Positions 52,007-64,000 of a stretch of 64,000 bases of DNA are shown one piece after another. The notes under the pieces are model-generated. The model did no database searches. It was given only the letters and a program-made list of their open reading frames with translations, and was not told the DNA's origin. The translations under genes were made by a program, and so were the position numbers. Source of the DNA: Octopus sinensis (Eukaryota); the NCBI RefSeq assembly GCF_006345805.1, contig NC_043001.1:98146001-98210000 (forward strand), read 5' to 3'. The first letter of the stretch is position 1. Each line of letters opens with the position of its first letter.

Positions 52007-53339
52007 ATTTATATATTCTTATTCAGAAAAAGAACATAATCCGTGCACTTTTACTGTCAAAGTGTATTATGAATGGCTTCTGTAACTACTATGTGTCATA
52101 CTAGTATACAAAATATTTACGCTCTTATATTCCTGTTGACGGCTGTTTCCAGGTAGAATTTCATTCAAGAATTTGATTGAGTCAGAAATGTTGAATTCGC
52201 GAATGGATCACATCGTCACTTGTTTACCTAGAAACAAGTAGAGCGCGAAAAGAGAGAATTATTTAAGGTGCTAATATTAACAAACTGAATACCTGTTAGT
52301 CTGTCTCCGAGTACTATGCAAAACTTGCAGCCAAGACACGTTGAATTCTTGGATTTAGTTAGGCTGCAGTGACGGATCCAAGCAACGAATTAGTCTACTC
52401 TAAGGGAGAACGTTTCGGTTCGTTCTAAGATTGAAGTGCCAAAGTTGAGAGGAATCCGAATATGAATGGCTGTGGATTTATGTGGAAGAACAGCATGTTA
52501 TTTTAATTGCAGTTTATTGTGGGATTCTGTGAAGTTAACTGCAAATCTTTTAGTAAAAGAGGTTACAGTTTGGTCAGTGAGGGAAAGCGGGACGCCGTGA
52601 GGTCGTGGATTAAGAAAGATATCTTACTTGCATACATGTAAGAAATGGTTGGAAGTGCGTCTTTGTATGTATGTATGTATGTATGTATGTATGTATGTAT
52701 GTATGTATGTATGTATGTATGTATGTATGTATGTATGTATGTATAGAGACAGAGAGACAGAGAGAGAGGCAGATAGATGGATATATGTACATACATACGT
52801 ACACACACACACACACTTATATATATACATACATACAGAGAAGGCGGGAAAGGGAAAGCTTGTACCAATTGGATTGCTCCATGTGGTTTGTATAATTTAA
52901 TATGGCTGCACGAATTTTGGATGATTGGCAGAGATTAGCAGAGATAGATGCAACTATTGAAATAAAATAGCATATGAAGCAATCTAAAGTGTGCCGCATA
53001 AGAAATTGTGAATCACATTTAAATAATATATTAGCAGAAGTGAAAAGATTGCTATTAGATTTACTACAGAGAAAACGACATTTGATCAAAGCTGTTGTAA
53101 TTTAGCACCAAGTAATCGCTGAAATGCATTTAAGCAACGGCAAACCTTTATTTTTTTTATTTCGTTATTTGTATGCTATTCTTCACCGTAAAAAGATGAT
53201 GTCTTGGTAGAATCGTTAGTGCACTGGATGAAATTTATAGTGACATTTTGTCTGTATTTACGTTCTGAGATCAAATTTCGCCGTGGTCGACTTTGCCTTT
53301 TATCGTTTCAAGGTTGATAAAATATGTACCATTGAAAAT

Positions 53340-53766
53340 ACCCTCTTGCCGGAAGTGAGGTGGTTTCATGGCAAAGAATTCATCAAGGTATCTTTTTACG
53401 TCATCCAAGGAATTGAAATTTTTACCATTAAGACTATTCTGCAGAGACCTGAATAAGTGGAAATCCGAAGGAGCAATATCTGGTGAATATGGAGGGTGGA
53501 GTAACACATCCCAGCCGAGCTGCAGCAATTTTTGTCTGGTTCCCAAAGCATCAAGTGCCGAAAATGAACTTTCTTATCTTCCATTTTAAAGGGTTACAGA
53601 ATTAACACAGGTTATAGGAATATAAACCTTCTTCCACGAAAAGATGGCTTAAACTGTGCTCTAAATGGAGGTGTAGTCACATCCTATTTCATGGACTCAA
53701 CCATGTTCTAAAATAAGTCGAAAGGTAAGCTACTATAAATCGGCACGAACTTTCCGGACAACCCAA
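53340..53766 (-). mobile_element. Internally deleted mariner with intact left TIR
   Basis: TA + TTGGGTTGTCCGGAAAGTTCGTGCCGATTT at 53766-53737. N-terminal MEDKKVHFRHLMLW is fused directly to C-terminal TRQKLLQLGWDVLLHPPYSPDIAPSDFHLFRSLQN. The 3' part is cut by a SINE. Confidence 0.88.
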
Positions 53767-54396
53767 TAATACACTATCTCCTCACCAAAAATTTCATACC
53801 TATCCTTATAGTAAAAAGAAATGTTCGTTGTACAGCGTGTTCGTTTCTAGGAATGTAGCGGTTTAGTAGTTTTGAACTGCATTTAACAACCGCTAACAGT
53901 AGATAGCGCCACCACGTAGAAACAACCCCATTGGCTCAGGGAAATGTTTCTAAATGAAAGAAGCCTAGCAACATCCAAGTAAATATCAGTAGAACTACTA
54001 TAGTGCGAGCGATGAGCCCTTCAGCTTTTAAAGGTGTTACAGATATCTAGTAAAAGATATATGACAAGAATACGACACATAACCAGAGATAAAATACTTA
54101 ATGTCGTATGTGTGTGCCTTTGCTCGTGTGTGTGTGTGTGTTTACGCGTGTTTACTGAATAGAACGAAGGAAGGATAGATAAAGGATATGTAAGTGAGAG
54201 TTTATATGTATAAGTGTGTGTTTGGTTGTATATGAGCGTGCGTATAATGTAAAAACCATTGCTATAGAATATTCAAGTGATTACATCACGTGCAACAGAA
54301 AACCTGTTTTCCGTAAAGATAATTTTAGAAAACTTACACTTAATTTCCTAATTTCTTTCTCTTTTCTGTAGATATCTATCTATCTATCTATCTATC

Positions 54397-54458
<62 letters not shown>

Positions 54459-54467
54459 TATGTATGT

Positions 54468-54543
<76 letters not shown>

Positions 54544-55138
54544 CTGTCTGTCTATCTGTCTATCTATCTAGCTCCCCATCTATTTATTTATCTACCTGTT
54601 GTCTATTCCCATTCTCTCTCTAGCACAGCCTCCTTATTTCGCTTTCTCACTCTTTCTCTCTCTCACTCATTCTCTCTCATTTTCACGCATTCTCTCTCTC
54701 TTTTTCACATTATCTCATCATGGTGATGGCGTTGGTACATATATAACCATGTTTACCTATGCAGACTACCATGTATTACATATAATACTATATGTGTGTG
54801 TGTGTGTGTGTGTGTATGTGTGTGTGCCTGTGTGCATTTATATATGTATATATTTATATATATATATATAATATATATATATGTCTGTGTGTTTTTATAT
54901 ATGTATATATTTATATATATATATGTCTGTGTGTATTTATATATGTGTGTGTGTATGTGTGTGCGCATGTGTGTGTTGTGTGGGCCTATGTATATATATA
55001 TATATATATATATGATGTAATATAATATATAATGTAATATATAACATATATATACATATGCATTTATATATACCTACATACACTCAAACACACACCCACA
55101 CATATTGAGAGAGAAAGAGAGAAAAAAGATAGAGCGAA

Positions 55139-55253
<115 letters not shown>

Positions 55254-56439
55254 CCTATGCATGGTTGTATGTGTGAATGTACGTCGCTGTATATTTCTAC
55301 GTCTCTCTAATGACATATCTTTATTGTTGCTAGAAGTTAATGTGTGAACAGATAAGGTGTAAAAATGTGTATAAATCAATGAAGATATGCTAATGGGAAT
55401 ATTTGTGTAGATATGAATGTAACAGCGAATACATCTACGCAGGTGTATGTGTATGACACACATACTGCAAACCGCTCTTCATTTTTAAAAAGAATTCCAC
55501 CTTCGCAATTTTCTGGAATTTTCTCAAATCTAATTTTACGATAAAAATAATTGCATGTCAGGAAGTTGATTATATTTCAATTCTATATGACATTCTCCAT
55601 TAACCACAATATCTCTACATTTCCCTAAAAACAATAACATCAATGTAATTCACATGTATTAGGCACCCACTTCAGCCATTGTGCATTTCACGTTCATCTT
55701 TATGTTGTTCGAATATCGTGAGTGCTGCACGAATGAAGCGTGAGTGAAACTAGTGCGATAATGCATGGATAACTGTATACATTAAGAACACTTTTATCTT
55801 CGTTAGATTCATATTAATGTATCAAAGCTTTAACAACCTTACTTATTTACTTTAGTTTTGAAGGCGAGGTGACCTTAAGCATAAACATCTCATCTGCTCT
55901 GTATTAATTAATTTCCATCGTGTCTCTAGCTTCTCACCAACTCATTAAGATTTTAAAGCCTAATTTTTCCGAGATCAATGATTCAAGTTATTAAATTAAT
56001 TAAACTCACCTGAAATATTGGCAATCTCATTCCAAGCGAAGCTGAGAGCTTGCACTCGGGTGTTCGATTTGAAACAATTACAAATACAATTCATAGCCTG
56101 CCAACTACATTTTAGGAGTTCACTGAAATTTAAAAAAAAGTATAAGATGTTTTATATGACTATTCTTTTACTTCTTTCAGTCATTTAACTACGGCCATGC
56201 TGGAGCACCGCTTTTAATCGAACAGATCGGCTCCCCGCCAGGACTTATTCTTTTTAGGCCTAGTAATTATTCTATCGGGATCTTTGGCCGATATACGGGG
56301 GACATAAACACAACAGCAATGGTTGTCAAGTGAAGGTGGTGATACAAACACACACAAACACACACAAATCCAAACGCTACTTGCAGAGAACTTGCAGAAC
56401 AGTTTAACGGGGCCCATATATCTGTGAAAAGGTTCGGAA

Positions 56440-57080
56440 AAGATTCAGTGGTTGGAAAATCGGTCCCACAAAAACTGGTTTCAGAGAATCTGCAACAGCG
56501 TGTTGTTTGTTGTCAGTCATTGCTTTCATGATACCTTAAGGATCCATTTTTACGAAGGCGATGAGAAGTGGATCCTTTACCATACCGTTAAACGCCGCCG
56601 ATCGTAGATTAGTCGAGAAGGACGAACTGTTCAACAACCAAGAGGAGGACTTCATCCAAGGAAGGTCATGTTAAGTGCTTGGTGGGTTATTGAAGGAATC
56701 GTCCATTACAAACTGTTAGACAACAATAAAAAAATTACTGCTAATCTCTACTGTAATCACCTTCATGAAATCTTCTTTGACCAGAAAACGACCGTGCTTA
56801 GTGAACAGAAAGGATGTCATCTTCCACCATGAAAATGCTTGTCCTCAACTGGGCAAAGATCTCTTGGAAGAGCATGGTTAGGAAATATTGCATAATCCTC
56901 CAAATTCTCCAGATATTGCTCCTTCTGATTATCACTTGTTTTGGGTACTATAGACCTTTTGGGTACTAATAACAAGGACAAAATAGATAAATAATTACCA
57001 GGGTAGCAAAAATTCACAGAAGTGCCAAGGATATTACAGCCTACTTATTAAGGTAGCAATTCCAAGGTTAAATGAAATGT
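56440..57080 (+). mobile_element. mariner transposase catalytic-domain remnant
   Basis: ..VPQKL, GDEKWILY, LHPRKVMLSAWW, IFHHENA, PPNSPDIAPSDYHLF, with stops and deletions. Confidence 0.85.
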
Positions 57081-57184
57081 TTTTGTAAAACATAGATAAA
57101 TTAAGAAATGGATTCAAATGCAGGTGTTATTTGAATAACACCTGCCTTTCTTAATGTATCTCTATTTCTATTTCTCTTCCTTCC

Positions 57185-57217
<33 letters not shown>

Positions 57218-57231
57218 TATATATACATATT

Positions 57232-57473
57232 TCTTTACATTATTTACAATTGACGGATATCTGACCTCGTCTTGTTTGTTGTTAACAAAACATTTCGGCT
57301 GATTTACCCTCCAGCCTTCATCGGGTGTTTTGGGGGAAATTTCGAACCTGGGTTCTCATTCCTAAGGTATTTTTCAATGTTGTTATTTTTATTATTACTA
57401 TGATTATTCACATCACTTCCTGGAATTGAACTCGGAATTTTGGGGTTAGTAGCCCGCGCTCTTAACCACTACG
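57232..57473 (-). mobile_element. Composite SINE-like element: tRNA-like head, (AAT)-rich linker, hammerhead-bearing tail
   Basis: Minus strand: cgtagtggttaagagcgcgggctactaaccccaaaattccgagttcaattcc (A-box and B-box-like), then aataat linker, then a tail containing the 57284-57329 motif. It ends next to (TA)n. Confidence 0.65.
57284..57329 (-). ncRNA. Type-I hammerhead ribozyme-like motif with variant core CCGAUGA
   Basis: Minus strand: AACAC-CCGAUGA-A-GGCUG(GAGGGUAAAU)CAGCC-GAAA-UG-UU^UUGUU. Stem II is perfect, stem I pairs 4/5, and stem III has no loop. Confidence 0.55.
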
Positions 57474-57683
57474 TGGGCAATTATGGAGCGAATGTTAGGG
57501 CTTATAAATCTAATATTCTCCTATCCTTCCTTAATACAGGTTCCCATATGCTGTTCGTATCTGCACTCGGTCTGCTTAGGAGGTTGTTGTGTCCTAGAAT
57601 ATGTGCTGCTTGTTTTAGTTTTCGTATTTTCCAGTGGTGTTCTCTGTCTATTATTTTAACTTCATACCACAGGGAACTGTATA

Positions 57684-58085
57684 TATTTCTTTATTGCCCA
57701 CAGGGGGCTAAACATATAAGGGATAAACAAGGACAGACAAAGGGTTTAAGTCGATTACATCATCCCCAGTGTGTAGCTGGTACTTATATAATCGACCCCG
57801 AAAGGATGAACGGCAAAGTCGACCTCGGCGGAGTTTAAAACTCAGAAGGTAACGGCAGACGAAATACCTATTTCTTTACCGCCCACGCGGGGGAAAACAC
57901 AGAGAAGACAAACAAGGACAGACAAACGGATTAAGTCGATTACATCGACCCCAGTGCGTAACTGGTACTTATTTAATGATGAAAGGCAAAGTCGACCTCG
58001 GCGGAATTTGAACTCAGAACGTAGCGGCAGACGAAATACCGCTAAGTATTTCGTCCGGCGTGTTAACGATTCTGCCAGCTTGCCT
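57684..58085 (-). mobile_element. SINE family B, head+body+body form
   Basis: Internal junction near 57867; terminal tail cctgtgggcaataaagaaata. Confidence 0.92.
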
Positions 58086-58105
58086 TTAATATTTTACCTA
58101 CCTAT

Positions 58106-58154
<49 letters not shown>

Positions 58155-59892
58155 ACTTTCTCTCTCTCTCTCTCTTCTCTCTCTCTCTTTCTCTCTTTAT
58201 ATATATATATAAAGATATATATATATACACATACACACATATACATATACGACGTGCTTCTTTTACTTTCTGTCTACCAAATGTACTCACATGGCTTCTG
58301 TCGCCCCGGACAGCATTACATTCCCTTCTGGAATCGATAAAGGTCGTTTATTTAACAGAAACCGCACCAAAGAATTTGTGGCCTTAAATCTATTTAATAA
58401 ATCATTCTGATATGTTTTAGACACCTGCAGATACAAAATGGTGTATATATGAAACAAGAGAAAATATCAAGAACTTCGCTGCTTCGTATATGCCTAGTAT
58501 CTATTTGTAAGTGGTTTTTAGACCTGAATTAACATTGATCAAACAAAACCAAGATCAAAATCCTTCTCGTCATAATCATTAGATTTTTGAGCATATCTAC
58601 GCCTATTTTGCAGAATATATCATTCCTTTCTTAAGCATTAGGATTTGAATGCCTCGGGATTTGCCAGCTATTTCTAAGCAATTATTTAGAGACTTTTCTC
58701 CGTTTGATCAAAAGCTGTTAAATATTGATCAACAGTGACTCTTTCAGGGCATTTCAAAATCCTTTATTTTTCATCACGTACCTTCTGTTTTTTTTTATTT
58801 AATTCCCACGTTAAAATATAATTTAACTTTAGCAAACTAAGTAAAACAAAATTATCTAAAAACATAAATGACTAGCGCACGATTTTCTTCTTTCACGTTC
58901 TCTTTTTTTTACTATTAATTTTATATTTTTTTAGAGAATTTGTTTTTTAATGAATTACTTTATATTGCTTTGTCAGAGGGGAATTATGAATGTAAAGTAA
59001 AAAGTACTAATGTTTTTTCAAGCCGTGTTAATTGAAAAATGAGGGTTTGAGGGAAGCGTCAATTGAAATCTAAATAAATGGCAGTCATAATTCATTTAGT
59101 TTCCGTCCTTTGAGATTTATAATGGTAAAACATATTTAGCTTAAAGTGCTCACAATGAAATGTATTTCCATATCCTGCAGTTAGCAGTCAAAATCAATAA
59201 TTTCCTTCCATACTGTTCTTTTATTCCTTCCTGATCTGTTGCTCTCTCACTTCTCATTATGACTACAAAGCAATGGTTTGGATTATCATGTGTGTGAAAA
59301 TAATTAAAATTTGGAGGCAGCATGAATTTTACTGAATGGACACATATATACTTATTTTTTAAACATCATAAGATTGAAAAGCGATTTTTTTTTTATAATT
59401 TCAGGATGTTGAATATAAAGAATTACCTTTCAATATTATCTAAACTTGATTGTTACCTTCAACCGAAAATCGCCAACACGCTAATGTTAAGCTCTAAAGA
59501 TATGCACACTACGAAGTTTAGAAGCAAATGTAGTAGCATTGTATAAAATATGTTCATTAGATGCGCATCAGAAGAAGATACGAGTTGTTTATGCCCGAAA
59601 AATATGTCAGTCTGGCCAAAAAGTTGCCTATAGTGGGTTTTTTTCTCAAGATTTTTTAATGGCCCAGCTCTCATGAGAGTATCTTACCACAATAGCAATT
59701 CAGATTTCATTTTATAGAGTTCCATATATTTGGTATTTATCTATGAGTTAGCTTTGTTCGGCAGATCTTTTGCCAAATACGTTCTAGACGATAGTACCAT
59801 ATTCTATTCAAGCATAAGGCACCAAGCGCCCAGGTATCAGGCTTAATGAATGTTTGGTGTGTTTTGAAGGAAATCAGGTTGTCATTTCTAAT

Positions 59893-60326
59893 GGGCGCAG
59901 GAGTGGCTGTATGGTAAGTAGCTTGCTTACCAACCACATGGTTCTGGGTTCAGTCCCGCTGCGTGGCATCTTCGGCAAGTGTCTTCTACTATAGCCACGG
60001 GTCGACCAAAGCCTTGTGAGTGGATTTGGTAAACGGAAACTGAAAGAAGCCCGTCGTATATTTGTATATATATATATATATGTGTGTGTGTGTTTGTGTG
60101 TCTGTGTTTGCCCCCCCCCCCCCACCGCCGCCCAACATCGTTTGACAACTAATGCTGGTGTGTTTGCGTCCTCGTAAACTAGCGGTTCGGCAAAAGAGAC
60201 TGATAGATTAAGTACTAGGCTTACAAAGAATAAGTCCTGGGGTCGATGTGCTCGACTAAAGGCGGTGCTCCAGCATGGCCGCAGTCACATGACTGAAACA
60301 AGTAAAAGAGTAAAAGAGTAAAAGAG
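59893..60326 (+). mobile_element. SINE family A
   Basis: Full-length. Partial tails also lie near 17565-17655, 22230-22435, 23255-23450 and 56163-56365. Confidence 0.92.
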
Positions 60327-60861
60327 GTTTATCGACCATATAGTGGTATACTCCTTGACTTCTAACTGTTTCATTATGTCATGTCCTTATTAAACCGCAC
60401 GGGGAAGATATATGGCGTTTAGTCGTGAACAATTTCTGTAAAGCCGTTGAAAATTGCTTTGGGTGTCAAAGTGCAAGATGAATGAGAGGGTGCAGTAAAA
60501 TTAATAAATTTGAAATTATCTTTCGCGCCACTGTGCTTAGGAAACTCTCATTGCCTGTCCAAAGCAGTAAACATGTGGATATGTGAAGAAGTCCAGGAAA
60601 AAAAAACAATGGTATTGTGTGTTGTAAACTTCAATGAACGAAACTCTTTCTGCACAGCTTAGAAATAAAGGCAATGCCTATGAAAATTAAGAAAGCCAAA
60701 TATTACGTGGGATAAGTTTTATGATGTTACTTACTACAATTTATTTTATCTTTTACTTGTTTCGGTCGTCGGACTGCTGCAATATTGGGAAACTACCTTG
60801 AATAGTTTCGTTTTTAGATTTGGTTTGCAAGATTCTTTATATGAGTTCGTGTGTTGAAGCA

Positions 60862-61023
60862 TATTCTGTTGTGTCTGGGGAGAGTCATTTTCTTTTCTTA
60901 CCTTATAAATAATTTAACACACATTAACAAATAAAAATAAGAAATACGTGGAACTTTTACCGGTGAGTGTGTTAAATAATAAGGCACTAAAAGAGAATGA
61001 CTCTCTCCAGACACAACAGAATA
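60862..61023. repeat. Inverted repeat with about 60-bp arms
   Basis: tattctgttgtgtctggggagagtcattttctttt pairs with aaaagagaatgactctctccagacacaacagaata; inner tttaacacac pairs with gtgtgttaaa. Confidence 0.85.
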
Positions 61024-61309
61024 CCTTGAATAGTTAAGTCGAGAACTTCGACCCCAGTATTTACTTTTAAAGTTTGGCATTTTTGCCGTCGTTATTATAT
61101 ACTGGACCGACAAGTTCAATATAAGATGTTGCCAATCCTTTCGTGCCAGTGTGGTAGTCTAGGCTCATCAAACACAAATTTACGGCCTCCACATCAGACC
61201 GTGGTCGATAAAATAAATACCATTTGAGCACTGGGGTAGATGTAATCGACTAGCCCCTTACCCCAAATTATTGGCATTGTACCAGACTTTGAAAACAATA
61301 TCATCTCCC

Positions 61310-62050
61310 TGACCACTTTGAGTAACTGGTCCTGTCATCAGCGGTAGTAGGCTTCGGTTAAGGCTGTGCGGCAGCTGCCGCAATGTTATTGAAGGGATCC
61401 TATATCAGAACGCAAAGGACAAGAGGATGTTTCACTCTTGACCCGTGTGCCAATGTCTGACATGCTTAATAAAGTGTTGTAGACGGCCTAGACACGCTGA
61501 ATGTCAAAGCCGTCAGACAGCGGACCAAACGATGTTCTGCGGCTGTATGTTGACCCGCCATTATTACCAGAAGCCCACAATCCTGCTAGCTCGTGCTTCC
61601 TCAACGTCTGCTCGTAATTCTTCTTCAAAGACATGCTGTTCGTCTTTTCATTTTCAGGTTACCAATCATGCAGGTTGGAAAGTAGTATGAGCTGAATGTC
61701 CTTTCACAAAGTCCCCAAAAACTTGTTTGCTTCAATCGTACTTCTGCCACATGTAACTCTCTAGTAACGCTCCACTTCCAACCTGTGCAAACTTGAAAGT
61801 CCCCTTCCACTACTTTGGTGTTCCTGGAACCTCTGTATATACCAGCTTTCTTTTTAGTGAAACTAAAAGCACATCTGAAGGGGTGCTTAAAGAAAGTCTT
61901 TAGATGTTGGTTGATAAGTGCTGAGCGATATTGCGTAGGTTCTTTGGTGAGGCTAGCCACCTCCGTATAAAACTGCTAAACTTCTCCGGATTTCTACAGG
62001 TGACATACTGATATGATGTAATCAGAGGAGCCACAAAACGCTAGTCAGGG
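61310..62050 (-). mobile_element. HERO/NeSL-like (R2 group) LINE fragment, heavily decayed
   Basis: Minus strand across frameshifts: LLWLL..YHISMSPVEI..KFSSFIRRWLASPKNLRNIA, EEELRADVEEARASRIVG, AVYNTL..ETSSCPL..GSL..CGSC.TALTEAYYR..DQLLKV. Confidence 0.65.
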
Positions 62051-62594
62051 TTGCATGTTGATACGCCAAAACCTTGAGGAAATTTGCTACTGGAAGATCA
62101 ACAATTTGCCAAGAAAGTTTACTTGTTTATTTCTGAAATATTAAATATATAAAATATATAAAATATATAAAATATTACGAAACTTAAATTCCAAAGGACA
62201 AAAAGAAATTTAAAATTCATAATTACTTCTTCAAAATCATTGCTATTTTACAATGTAACATTTGTATCTTGTATAACTATAAAATATTCCGTGCAGCTGC
62301 TGGAAACAAATGAAAGAAAGGAAGTCCTTCAAACATTTTAAACAATCATGAGTCTTGGTTGCCTGATTTGTATGATTAATGATTAATAATGTATATTTTT
62401 GATATTGAAAATAATTTTTTTAAAAGGTATGGCTTTTTAAAAAAATTTGTGTTGCAGAAATTTTATGTTGTATTTCATATTATATTAAATTCGAAGAGAT
62501 ATGAGATCTGACACAAATCATTTTATTTTGAAAAGCTGGCCGAACTATAAATGTAGTTTTGCTTGGATTTGAATATGTTATTGCAATACTACCT

Positions 62595-63030
62595 TAGATC
62601 AGAGAAAACTTGTTACCACGACAGCATATGAGAGAATATTCAAATCATTCAAATAAGTTGGATACACATTTCTGCTTGTAACTGCTGACGCAAGTTTATA
62701 ACACAAGATTGTTATTGGAGCACAAATAAAATTGGTTGAAAACATGATAAATTTGAGAACAATGCGTCTGCAGTTGAATTAGATTTTTAATTTGATTTCT
62801 AAAGTCTTTAGGAAATAGGAAAATCAAAACCTCCCATTTTAAAAGCATTGAATTAAAACATAATTAATAGCTTTCAACAATATGGATGTTGGATGTGAAT
62901 GAAGTGCACTTTCTAAAGTTACATTTTCTCTATTGTCAAATCACAGTGAAAAGCAAGACGAGCGTCTTCTTCAAGACATTATGTTATGCTAATGGAAGAA
63001 AACATATGCAGAGCAATGAGCTATTTCTAT
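62595..63030 (+). pseudogene. Very degenerate Chapaev3-like (CMC) transposase C-terminal fragment
   Basis: Ordered remnants across frames: LDQRKL-LPRQHM, KIVIGAQIKL, DKFENNASAVE, SLGNRK, LKLHFLYC, HSEKQDERLLQDIM. Compare the family pattern DPxKxLLPPLHIK / GxFxGPQIR / FLGNxK / LKxHFLxSH / SEEQGERFHQDI. The family name is from recall. Confidence 0.5.
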
Positions 63031-63672
63031 GTCGTTCACTTATATTTGTTTTTTCTTTTGTTTTTTCAAATGAGCCCTATGTAATATAAGTATAAAAATA
63101 CAATCGTCAAATTTCTCGAGATAACTAATTTTTATTGTTCTGTTGTTTTCTCATTTCAGTTGTAAATATATTTAACAAATATATTTAACATTCTGAGATC
63201 AAATCTGATGCCATGATGTCAAAATTGAAAATAAATGCAGAAAGCTGCAGAGCTGAAATTCAAACGTTCTGTGACATTTTGTAATTATTCAAAGTAAGAT
63301 TATTTTCTTACTTTCTGTTCTTATTTTCTGTTAAGAAAACTGAGTTTGATTTGAGTGAAACTTTATTACATTTACTGCCTGTTTCATGGAAATGACTTAA
63401 TTTTCCAAGAATGAAGAGTTTCGGCTTTCTGACACTGTCAATTTTCCTTTAGGGAAAAGATCGCATGAATTATATGCAAGCAATCGCCACAACGTTCAAA
63501 GTTTCTTCTCTGTTGGATCAGAGTCTTCGTCTAGAACAAAAAGTCGAAATGTGCAGGGGCATTCATCAACATTTGTATACACCAAATCTTATTTATGTTC
63601 ACTTATAACTCTTCCTTCTGTAGACTTCACTTCAATCCTCTGCAAAATTTTGCTCACAAATAACCCAAATTC

Positions 63673-64000
63673 TTGATTCTTGGTCTCAAGAATTTGTCTT
63701 ATGAAGAAAGACTGAAGACGCTCGACCTTTATTCTCTAGAAAAACGACGACGCCGTGGTGATCTCATTCTTGCTCACAACATCATAAGTGGAAAGTGTAA
63801 CCTCTCGAAAGAGCTGTTCTTCACTCCTGCTCCAGAGCGTCGGCTGCGGGGTCATTCCGAAAAGCTCTGTCTGCGACGATTTCATCTCAATCGAAGGAGA
63901 GGGGCTTTCTCCGTCCGGGTTGCGGATCCGTGGAATAAGCTGCCGGGCGAGATGGTGACGATGTCGACGACCGCTCGGTTCAAAGTCTCCCTTGACCACA
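63673..64000 (+). mobile_element. CR1-group LINE, C-terminal part of ORF2; 5'-truncated, runs off the window end
   Basis: Open frame ILGLKNLSYEERLKTLDLYSLEKRRRRGDLILAHNII...RLRGHSEKL...RRRGAFSVRVADPWNKLP, the typical CR1/L2 post-RT terminus. Confidence 0.88.

Noticed and set aside
63159-63293. Exon-like segment with good acceptor (ctcatttcag) and donor (aa|gtaaga)
   Set aside because: All three frames contain stops and no partner exon could be identified.

Overview
Repeat-saturated eukaryotic DNA. The microsatellite load and SINE families look like an octopod cephalopod, which I infer from recognition and did not look up. No host protein-coding gene could be recognised, and almost all short ORFs in the track are translations of (TA)n/(TG)n/(GATA)n/(TAT)n repeats. 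The main elements are: (1) a near full-length but disrupted Tx1-clade (L1 group) LINE on the minus strand (38635-44463) sitting inside a (GATA)n microsatellite; (2) a decayed 5'-truncated RTE LINE (27070-29985); (3) fragments of R4/Dong-like, HERO/NeSL-like and CR1-like LINEs; (4) mariner, hAT-MITE, Chapaev3-like and Helentron-like DNA-transposon remnants; (5) dozens of tRNA-derived SINEs from several families; (6) several fold-back palindromes. Three observations stand out. One SINE family shares its 3' tail with the Tx1 LINE and repeatedly joins at GGTATTT sites, including inside its own copies. Three unrelated repeats carry type-I hammerhead-ribozyme-like motifs with non-canonical cores, one of them downstream of a tRNA-like head. 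The Tx1 element appears to target (GATA)n. One 100-N gap lies at 20801-20900. Coordinates of decayed elements are approximate.
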